Shown piece by piece: positions 15,975 through 24,009 of a stretch of DNA of 24,009 nucleotides; the first letter of the stretch is position 1, and each line of letters opens with the position of its first letter. Below the pieces are notes generated by a model. It was not told where the DNA came from. It worked only from the letters and a program-made list of their open reading frames with translations, and did no database searches. The position numbers and the translations under genes were made by a program. Origin of the DNA: Actinomycetales bacterium (GTDB lineage Bacteria > Actinomycetota > Actinomycetes > Actinomycetales > Kineosporiaceae); the NCBI GenBank assembly GCA_012719445.1, contig JAAYAH010000185.1, positions 1 through 24,009 on the forward strand, written 5' to 3'.

Positions 15975-17269
15975 CTCCCCGGAGACCCGAGACGCCTGTC
16001 TCCGACCTCTCGGACCTGCCAGCTACGCAGAGCCGTACCGCTGCCGCGCCCGCCCGGGTCGAGTTGGTTCCCTTCGCACCCGCCGATCCCGAGGTGGCCC
16101 GTTCCACCTTCCTCGTCGCGACTCCCGAGGAGATCACCCTCGTCACCTCGTGGCGGCAGCCGCGCACCTGGCAGGTCGGCCGGGACGTCAGCAGCTACAC
16201 GATCCACACCGACCTCCGGCACAACATGCCGCCCTACCTGCTCGTCCTCCTCGACGACGCCGGAGCCCCCGTCGCCTCGCTCCCGCTCCGGGACTGGGTT
16301 CCCGAGGGGGAACTGCTCGCGCACGACCTCTTCATCCAGCCGGAGACGCGGCGTCGGACCGGCTCCCGGATGCCGTGGCCCCTGGACTCGTTGGTGGCCG
16401 CCGCCGGGCTCTCCCCGTACCGCGGGGATCACCTGGACGACAACGCCGTGGACCGCGCCCGGGAGCAGTGGGCTCCCCCGACTCCCGCCAGCACGTGGGT
16501 GCTCGTGCTCGGCATGCTCGCACCGGGCATCTGGCTCCTGACCGCGATCCTCATCGGGGCCGTGGCTGTCGTCCTCGACGCGCGAGGTCTCGTCGATGTC
16601 GCCGGAGTGCTGGCGTTGGCGTTCCTCGGGCTGGCCTGTGCCGTCCCCCTGCACCAGCTGAACCGGCTTCGCCGGCTCGCTCGCCCCCGGCCTGCCGAGG
16701 GAGTGCCGGACGGCGCCCGGGTACTGCGACCCGTTCCGGGGCGGGCTGTGTCCCGCCAGTTCTCCGCGACGTCCTGGCTGGCCGTGACCGGGGACGGGGT
16801 GGTCCTGCACGCGCCGGACGGCCGGGAGCTCGTGTTCCCGTCGGCCGGTCCCACCGCCGTCACCCGGTGGACGGTCGCGCGGGATGGGGACCGGCCCACC
16901 TTCCTCGACCTGTATGCAGGGAGGCACCACCTGACTCGTCTGGCCTGGGACGACTGGTTCCCCGACGGCTCGACCGAGCACCTGCGACAGGCGCTCGGCA
17001 TCATCCCCCAGCCGAGCGACACCACCGCCGACCCCGCGACGCTGCCGTGGCGGCTCGACGACTCCTGCTCCGCTGGTGACACCGGGCTCGTTCTCGCCCT
17101 GCCGTCGCTGATCACCTGTCTCGTCGTGGCCCTGTCCGTCAGGCTCTACTCGACGCCCCTCGCCTGGACGGTGGGGATCAGCTGCGCGCTCACGGTCCTC
17201 GTGGTGACGGGCACACACTGGCTCGGCTGGCGGGTCCAGCGGGATCGGGAGCCGACACCACAGTGGTGA
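15956..17269 (+). CDS. Four-TM membrane protein P2 (~432-437 aa), high-GC paralog of P1; start GTG 15956 or TTG 15971 (TTGA overlap with the P1 stop)
   Basis: Clear homology to P1 across all blocks (DWVPEGELLAHDLFIQ...MPWPLDSLVA ; RLAWDDWFPDGSTEHLRQALGIIPQ) with the same 2+2 TM topology, but ~70% GC versus ~52% for P1. Confidence 0.65.
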   Translation: MGRAFLTPRRPETPVSDLSDLPATQSRTAAAPARVELVPFAPADPEVARSTFLVATPEEITLVTSWRQPRTWQVGRDVSSYTIHTDLRHNMPPYLLVLLDDAGAPVASLPLRDWVPEGELLAHDLFIQPETRRRTGSRMPWPLDSLVAAAGLSPYRGDHLDDNAVDRAREQWAPPTPASTWVLVLGMLAPGIWLLTAILIGAVAVVLDARGLVDVAGVLALAFLGLACAVPLHQLNRLRRLARPRPAEGVPDGARVLRPVPGRAVSRQFSATSWLAVTGDGVVLHAPDGRELVFPSAGPTAVTRWTVARDGDRPTFLDLYAGRHHLTRLAWDDWFPDGSTEHLRQALGIIPQPSDTTADPATLPWRLDDSCSAGDTGLVLALPSLITCLVVALSVRLYSTPLAWTVGISCALTVLVVTGTHWLGWRVQRDREPTPQW

Positions 17270-17351
17270 TCTCCGCTGTGCGTGACCAGCGCGAAAGGCC
17301 GTTCCAGGGGATCGGACGCTCGATGATCGGACGAGGACGATCGTCGGTGAC

Positions 17352-17375
17352 CCGGTGAGCGCCATTGCTCACCGG
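17352..17375. terminator. Perfect 9-bp hairpin CCGGTGAGC-gccatt-GCTCACCGG between the convergent P2 and FG-GAP genes
   Basis: Read directly from the sequence. It lies between the stops at 17269 (+) and 17389 (-). Confidence 0.5.
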
Positions 17376-17388
17376 ATCGCGGCAGACC

Positions 17389-19029
17389 CTAGACCGCCGT
17401 GCTGTCCGACGCCAGCACCGACCCGTACCTCGTGCCTGTGATGTTCCCCGTGGACAGGGTGACCTCGGTGGGGTCGACGATCTCGAACCCCGCGAAGACC
17501 CGGATGTACACCAGCCCGGCGTCCGCGACTCCGCCGACGTCCTGGCCGGGGACGGCGACCTGTGGGTCCCACGCCCCGGTCCCGACCAGGCGCGCCGACA
17601 GAGTCGCACCGAGCCGGTCACCGGCCTCCGGGGTCCCTGACAGGCCGTCTCCCTGGGTGAACCGGACCGCCTCTGGATCGCAGCCCTTCCGGTTCGTGTA
17701 GCGCCCGAGGCAGTCGAGGCGGAGGTGGTACACCGCTCCGGCGTCGGTGACCGGCCCGACGTCCTCACCAGGAGCGCCGACGACCAGACCGGCGGTCTGC
17801 CGCTCGTAGCTGTCGAGTTCCCCGTTGAATGCTGTCGCGGCCCCGAACGCGTCACCGCGCTCGGCGGTCCCTGGGATGCCACCGGTGCCCTCTGCCAGGG
17901 TGGCCCGGTAGCTGAAGGCGCTCTCCTCCAGCGGGTCGAACCCGAACAGCTCGACCGTGCCGGCCTCACGGGCGCCACCGACGTCCTCGCCCGGCACGCC
18001 GACGGCCAGCAGCTCGGAGTCGGCCGCGACAGAGGCCCCGAACCGGTCACCCCGCTCGGCGCGCCCCGGGGTCTTCGCGCTGTCCTGGGAGACGCGCTGC
18101 GCGGCGGACACGGAGCCCTCCTCCGAGTCGACGAACAGAACCGCGACCGAGCCGGCGTCGTCCGCGGTACCGACGTCATCGTGCGGAACGCCGACGACCA
18201 GCACCGTCGGCGCCTGTTCGTCGTCGACCATCTCCGGGTCGTACTCGTCGGCCGCCCCGAGGATCTCGCCGAACCGGTCGCCCGCCTCGGCCCGGTCCCC
18301 CCGGCCCTCGCCCGCCGGCACCGGGTCGTCCAGGGTGATGGTTCCCAGATGGGTGACGTCGACCGGCCTGCCGTGGCGCCCGGGGGCGTCCAGCCGGAAG
18401 TGCTCGACGGCCCCCGCGTCCACCAGCCCTCCGACGTCCCGCCCCGGGGCACCGATCCACAGGTCGAGGACTCCCTCCAGCCGTTCCCTCGGTCGGGTGC
18501 GCCTGGTCACCGCGACAGCCGCGCCGAACTCGTCACCGGGTGCGCCGGTCGGTGCGCTGACCGGAACGGTCGCGGTCCCGAAGCCCTCGGCGGAGTTGCG
18601 GGTGAGGAACACCCGGCCGGCCCCGTCCGCGCCCGGGGCGCCGATCACCAACGACGGGCAGTCGCTGCCGTCGAGGTCCGTGATGAGCACGGCGGCTCCG
18701 AGCCGATCGGTCACCGCGCCCGCGCCAGCGCCGATCGAGGACCGGGTCAGCAGTCGGGTGCCGGTCTCCTCGAGCCGCACGTCGACCGCGCCCCGTCCCT
18801 CCCCGTGCCCGGGGAGGCCGACGGCGACGTCGTCCGCGCCGGCGGCACAGGCCTCCACGGCGGTCCCTGCGGTGGCCGCTGTCGTGGACCCGGTGCTCGC
18901 CGCACCGCCGGTGCCCCCGCCACCGGAACAACCCGCGATCCCACCCGCGACCAGCCCCGTCACCAGCACGGCCGCGAGCGCGACCGAGGGTCTCGTCACC
19001 GGGGTCCCGCACCGGATCATCGCTCGCAT
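17389..19029 (-). CDS. Secreted lipoprotein with FG-GAP / integrin-alpha-like beta-propeller repeats (start probably MRAMIR at 19029; ORF open to 19122)
   Basis: Signal peptide plus lipobox (LVAGGIAGCSGG). At least five repeats of the form G(A/V)PGxDVGGxxDAGAVxxF (e.g. VAVPGQDVGGVADAGLVYI, GAPGEDVGPVTDAGAVYHL, VGVPGEDVGGAREAGTVELF). Confidence 0.75.
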   Translation of the reverse strand: MRAMIRCGTPVTRPSVALAAVLVTGLVAGGIAGCSGGGGTGGAASTGSTTAATAGTAVEACAAGADDVAVGLPGHGEGRGAVDVRLEETGTRLLTRSSIGAGAGAVTDRLGAAVLITDLDGSDCPSLVIGAPGADGAGRVFLTRNSAEGFGTATVPVSAPTGAPGDEFGAAVAVTRRTRPRERLEGVLDLWIGAPGRDVGGLVDAGAVEHFRLDAPGRHGRPVDVTHLGTITLDDPVPAGEGRGDRAEAGDRFGEILGAADEYDPEMVDDEQAPTVLVVGVPHDDVGTADDAGSVAVLFVDSEEGSVSAAQRVSQDSAKTPGRAERGDRFGASVAADSELLAVGVPGEDVGGAREAGTVELFGFDPLEESAFSYRATLAEGTGGIPGTAERGDAFGAATAFNGELDSYERQTAGLVVGAPGEDVGPVTDAGAVYHLRLDCLGRYTNRKGCDPEAVRFTQGDGLSGTPEAGDRLGATLSARLVGTGAWDPQVAVPGQDVGGVADAGLVYIRVFAGFEIVDPTEVTLSTGNITGTRYGSVLASDSTAV

Positions 19030-19291
19030 CGCCTCGTCCTCACCTCGGGAACCCACCCGGTGCAGGACCAGCGCGGGACTGGGCACCCCTGGGAACCGCG
19101 CACGGGCAGGACACGCTGTCACCGGGATGATCGCGATTCGGGTGGCACCGTTACGTGAGGTCGGTCACGCGAGGTGGCGCTGGGGACCGGTCAACGGGAC
19201 GGCGTCCTGCGAGTGGCCGGGTGCACCCCGGCCGCTCACGGTCTCAGGCGGGTCAGCGGTCGCGGGGCGGGTCAGCGGTCGCGGACCGGGA

Positions 19292-19335
19292 TCACCGCTG
19301 ATCGTCGCGGCCGTCGCCCCGACGATCAGCGGTCA
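19292..19335. terminator. ~16-bp imperfect inverted repeat (TCACCGCTGATCGTCG-13nt-CGACGATCAGCGGTCA) just downstream of the glyQS stop
   Basis: Read from the sequence; 15/16 pairing. It lies 9 nt after the glyQS stop (19344, minus). A 19-bp tandem direct repeat GGCGGGTCAGCGGTCGCGG x2 is adjacent at 19242-19281. Confidence 0.4.
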
Positions 19336-19343
19336 CCCGACGG

Positions 19344-20753
19344 TCAGCAGCCGAGCAGGCGGGTGGACAGCCACCCGGCGACCTGGCTCAGGGCCACCCG
19401 CTCCTGGGTCATCGAGTCCCGCTCCCGGATGGTCACCGCCTCGTCGTCCAGGGTCTCGAAGTCGACGGTGATGCAGTACGGGGTGCCGATCTCGTCCTGG
19501 CGGCGGTACCGGCGTCCGATGGCCTGGGCGTCGTCGAACTCGACATTCCAGAACGACCGCAGCTCCGCCGCCAGCGCCCGCGCCTTCGGCGACAGGTCGG
19601 CGTTCCGGGACAACGGCAGCACGGCGGCCTTCACCGGCGCCAGCCGCTTGTCCAGGCGCAGCACGATCCGCTTGTCCACCCCGCCCTTGGTGTTCGGCGC
19701 CTCGTCCTCGTCGTAGGCCTCGATGAGGAAGGCCATCATCGAACGGGTCAGCCCGGCGGCGGGCTCGATGACGTAGGGGACCCAACGTTCGCCCTTGGCC
19801 TGGTCGAAGTACGACAGGTCGACCCCGGAGTGCTGGGAGTGGGTGCCGAGGTCGAAGTCGGTCCGGTTGGCGATGCCCTCCAGCTCGCCCCACTCGGAAC
19901 CGGTGAACCCGAACCGGTACTCGATGTCGACGGTCCGCTTCGAGTAGTGCGAGAGCTTCTCCGTCGGGTGCTCGTAGTGCCGCAGGTTCTCCTTGACGAT
20001 GCCGAGGTCGACGTACCACTCGGTGCGGTAGTCGATCCAGTACTGGTGCCACTCCTCGTCGGTGCCCGGCTCGACGAAGAACTCCATCTCCATCTGCTCG
20101 AACTCGCGGGTCCGGAAGATGAAGTTGCCCGGGGTGATCTCGTTGCGGAACGACTTGCCGATCTGGCCGATGCCGAACGGCGGCTTCTTCCGCGCGGACT
20201 GCTCGACGTTCTTGTAGTTGACGAAGATGCCCTGCGCGGTCTCCGGTCGCAGGAAGTGCAGGCCGCTCTCGTCCTCGACCGGGCCGAGGTAGGTCTTCAG
20301 CAGGCCGTTGAACATCCGCGGCTCGGTCCAGGCGCCCCGGGTGCCGCAGTTGGGGCACGGGATGCCGGCGAGGCCACCCTCGGGAGCCCTGCCCTTGCGC
20401 TCGACGAACTCCTCCTCGAGCTGGTCGGCCCGGTAGCGGCGGTGGCAGGACTGGCACTCCACCAGCGGGTCGACGAAGGCGTTGACGTGACCGGAGGCCT
20501 CCCACACCTGCCGGGGCAGGATGACCGAGGAGTCCAGGCCGACGACGTCCTCGCGCCGGGTGACCATGGCCCGCCACCACTGCCGCTTGACGTTCTCCTT
20601 GAGTTCGACGCCCAGCGGCCCGTAGTCCCAGGCGGACCGGGTGCCGCCGTAGATCTCGCCGCACGGGTAGACGAACCCGCGGCGCTTGCAGAGGTTGACG
20701 ACGGCATCGAGGCGGGCTTCGGACGACGGCTTCGTGGCCACGGTGAACACCAT
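19344..20753 (-). CDS. glyQS: Glycine--tRNA ligase, class II dimeric (alpha2) form, 469 aa
   Basis: [41 protein letters not shown]...[25 protein letters not shown]...[12 protein letters not shown] match GlyQS. Start at MVFTVATK (CAT at 20751-20753 verified). The ORF is open upstream to 21086. Confidence 0.9.
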   Translation of the reverse strand: MVFTVATKPSSEARLDAVVNLCKRRGFVYPCGEIYGGTRSAWDYGPLGVELKENVKRQWWRAMVTRREDVVGLDSSVILPRQVWEASGHVNAFVDPLVECQSCHRRYRADQLEEEFVERKGRAPEGGLAGIPCPNCGTRGAWTEPRMFNGLLKTYLGPVEDESGLHFLRPETAQGIFVNYKNVEQSARKKPPFGIGQIGKSFRNEITPGNFIFRTREFEQMEMEFFVEPGTDEEWHQYWIDYRTEWYVDLGIVKENLRHYEHPTEKLSHYSKRTVDIEYRFGFTGSEWGELEGIANRTDFDLGTHSQHSGVDLSYFDQAKGERWVPYVIEPAAGLTRSMMAFLIEAYDEDEAPNTKGGVDKRIVLRLDKRLAPVKAAVLPLSRNADLSPKARALAAELRSFWNVEFDDAQAIGRRYRRQDEIGTPYCITVDFETLDDEAVTIRERDSMTQERVALSQVAGWLSTRLLGC

Positions 20754-20814
20754 CCGGCTGGGTGTCGGCGGATCTCGGGATGATCGACGCGCCAGGGGCA
20801 CGCGATGGACCAGG

Positions 20815-21738
20815 TTACTCGGCCGCCGGATCCCCGACGGAGCCGGCGTCCACGGTCCGGCCTGCGATGTCCGCCGTCCCACCCGCGGGGCCCACGGCCC
20901 GGCCTGCATCGTCCGCGGGTCGGCCCGCGGCGTCCACCGCGCCGCCGTAGCGGCGGTCCCGGCTGGCGTACTCCTCGATGCCGCGCCACAGCACCCGGCG
21001 GTCGACGTCCGGCCAGAGCACGTCGAGGAACACCAGTTCCGCGTACACCGACTGCCAGACCAGGAAGTTCGAGGTGCGCTGCTCACCGGAGGTGCGCAGG
21101 AACATGTCGACGTCCGGCAGGTCCGGCTCGTCGAGGAAGCGGGCGACGGTCCGCTCGTCCACCCGGCTCGGGTCCAGCCGCCCGGCGGCGGCCTCCCTGG
21201 CGATGGCCCTGGCCGCGTCGGCGATCTCGGCCCTGCCGCCGTAGTTGACGCACATGGTCAGGGTGAGCACGTCGTTGTCGCGGGTCAGCTCCTCCGCCGC
21301 CTCCAGCTCCTTGATCACGCTCCGCCACAGCCGCGGTCGTCGTCCGGCCCAGCGGACCCTGACCCCCCAGGAGTTCAGCAGGTCCCGACGTCGCCTGATG
21401 ACGTCCCGGTCGAAGCCCATGAGGAAGCGGACCTCCTCGGGCGACCGACGCCAGTTCTCCGTGGAGAACGCGTAGGCGGACAGGTGCCGCACGCCGATGT
21501 CGATGGCCCCCGCGACCACGTCCAGGAGGGCCGCCTCGCCCGCCTCGTGCCCCCTGGTCCTCGGCAGGCCGCGGGCATTCGCCCATCTCCCGTTGCCGTC
21601 CATGACGACCGCGACGTGCCGCGGCACCAGTTCCGGCGGGAGGAGCGGCGGGCGGGCACCGGAGGGGTGCGGCGGAGGCGCCTGGGGGACGACGCGGGGA
21701 CGCGCGACGACGCCGGTCCCGCTCCGACGGTGGGCCAT
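20815..21738 (-). CDS. uppS: Isoprenyl transferase / undecaprenyl-diphosphate synthase (UppS) with an unusual ~45-aa repetitive C-terminal tail
   Basis: [13 protein letters not shown]...[19 protein letters not shown]...VNYGGRAEI...[17 protein letters not shown]...RRYGG match UppS. The start ATG shares one nt with the recO stop (TGATG). The tail ([29 protein letters not shown]) is encoded by a 25-bp imperfect direct repeat. Confidence 0.85.
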   Translation of the reverse strand: MAHRRSGTGVVARPRVVPQAPPPHPSGARPPLLPPELVPRHVAVVMDGNGRWANARGLPRTRGHEAGEAALLDVVAGAIDIGVRHLSAYAFSTENWRRSPEEVRFLMGFDRDVIRRRRDLLNSWGVRVRWAGRRPRLWRSVIKELEAAEELTRDNDVLTLTMCVNYGGRAEIADAARAIAREAAAGRLDPSRVDERTVARFLDEPDLPDVDMFLRTSGEQRTSNFLVWQSVYAELVFLDVLWPDVDRRVLWRGIEEYASRDRRYGGAVDAAGRPADDAGRAVGPAGGTADIAGRTVDAGSVGDPAAE

Positions 21739-22466
21739 CACCGCTCGACCAGCCGGAGGGACCGGACCTGTCGCTCCAGGTGCCATTGCAGATACGCGGC
21801 CGTCAACCCGCTCGCCTCCCGACGTCGTGGTCCCTCGCTGGCGTCGGCCGTCTCCCAGTCGCCGGTGAGCAGGGCCGCCAGCAGTGCGATGGTCGCAGGG
21901 TGCGGCGCGGCAGAGCCCGGCGGTCTGCACTGCGGGCACACCACCCCGCCCGCGGCGACGGCCACCGCCCGGTGGGGCCCCGGCGCCCCGCACCGGGCGC
22001 AGTCGGTGAAGGACGGCGCCCAACCGGCGACGGACAACGCACGCAGCACGTAGGAGTCCAGCACCAGGCGTGGGACGTGCTCCCCCGCGGCGAGCGTCCG
22101 CAGCGCACCCGCGAGCAGGAGGAACTGCTGGACGGCAGGCTCCCGCTCGGTCTCGGTGAGCCGCTCCGCGGTCTCCAGCATCGCCGTCCCCGAGGTGTAC
22201 CTGGCGTAGTCGGACACGATCCCGCTGCCGTACGGCGCGATGGTCTCGGCCTGGGTGACGGTGTCGAGGGAGCGGCCCTCGTAGAGCTGGAGGTCCACGA
22301 GCATGAAGGGCTCCAGGCGGGCCCCGAACCGGGACCTCGTCCGGCGGACGCCCTTGGCGACGGCGCGGACCCGTCCGTGGTGCCTGGTGAGGACGGAGAT
22401 GATCCGGTCGGCCTCGCCGAGCTTCTGGGTGCGCAGCACGACGCCCTCGTCCCGGTACAGGCTCAC
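21738..22466 (-). CDS. recO: DNA repair protein RecO, 242 aa
   Basis: [54 protein letters not shown]... and a C-terminal zinc-binding CxxC...CxxC (CARCG...CPQC) match RecO. Its stop overlaps the uppS start. Confidence 0.9.
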   Translation of the reverse strand: MSLYRDEGVVLRTQKLGEADRIISVLTRHHGRVRAVAKGVRRTRSRFGARLEPFMLVDLQLYEGRSLDTVTQAETIAPYGSGIVSDYARYTSGTAMLETAERLTETEREPAVQQFLLLAGALRTLAAGEHVPRLVLDSYVLRALSVAGWAPSFTDCARCGAPGPHRAVAVAAGGVVCPQCRPPGSAAPHPATIALLAALLTGDWETADASEGPRRREASGLTAAYLQWHLERQVRSLRLVER

Positions 22467-22600
22467 CGGGTCATTCTCGCCCGTCGGAGATGGTCCCGCC
22501 GCGCGTCAGGGCCGGAGATCCGGTGAAGCTTCACACAGGTGAGACGGTCGAGGCCTCACCCAGGGGGGACGGTCGACGGCGGCGAGCTCCGGACAGGGGT

Positions 22601-22642
22601 GTGGGGTGGTACCGCTCCCGATACCACCCCACGATGCGGGCC
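22601..22642. terminator. Perfect 11-bp inverted repeat GTGGGGTGGTA-10nt-TACCACCCCAC between the leuA stop and the recO start
   Basis: Read directly from the sequence. ~115 nt downstream of the leuA stop (22758, minus). Confidence 0.4.
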
Positions 22643-22757
22643 ACGATGTCCGATTACGCCGCGCATTGACAATAGCACTCTGCGTCGACACCGCAACCCG
22701 GGTGACCGACTCGTCCCGGTCTTCGCCGGAAGGCCGTCACGACCTCCCGGGGAGCTG

Positions 22758-24009
<1,252 letters not shown>

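Noticed and set aside
20862-20884. T-box-like motif (minus strand GCGGGTGGGACGGCGG, against the consensus AGGGTGGNACCGCG) ~115 nt upstream of glyQS
   Set aside because: It has one mismatch in the core, lies inside the uppS coding tail, and has no clear specifier-loop/antiterminator architecture. Near-matches to a G/C-rich consensus arise by chance in this genome, and glyQS T-boxes are not established for actinobacteria to my knowledge. It would need Rfam/Infernal to revisit.

Overview
This 24 kb window is high-GC (roughly 70%) and reads as a chromosomal segment of an actinobacterium. Most of it is a recognisable housekeeping backbone, largely on the minus strand. Left to right: a decayed tyrosine-integrase fragment abutting tRNA-Met(CAT); a secreted expansin-like protein; an orphan PII (GlnB/GlnK) gene; a small lipoprotein; tRNA-Asn(GTT); dnaG; a flotillin/SPFH gene inserted between dnaG and dgt; dgt; dus; a secreted FG-GAP-repeat lipoprotein; glyQS; uppS; recO; and the 3' part of leuA. 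The standout is a six-gene plus-strand operon at 11687-17269 in which every junction is a start/stop overlap. It encodes a ~95-aa alpha-helical protein with a central W-x-D turn (WXG100/Lap-like). Next is a 500-aa protein with an N-terminal helical domain, 2-3 TM helices and a C-terminal domain that sits in markedly lower-GC DNA. Then come two diverged paralogous ~200-aa soluble proteins and two paralogous ~430-aa four-TM membrane proteins, one low-GC and one high-GC. A ~3 kb low-GC block (~12950-15960) starts inside gene 2 and ends exactly at the boundary between the two membrane paralogs. Taken together this looks like a T7SS/LXG- or TspA-like membrane-acting polymorphic toxin locus with immunity-like paralogs, but that reading rests on architecture and composition only and is inference, not demonstrated homology. 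Other observations are a 14-bp tandem repeat array just after dnaG, a C8 tract plus two 21-bp direct repeats in the operon's promoter region, and several GC-rich intergenic hairpins. Coordinates counted by hand from the sequence lines may be off by 1-2 nt; CDS bounds are anchored to the supplied ORF track.
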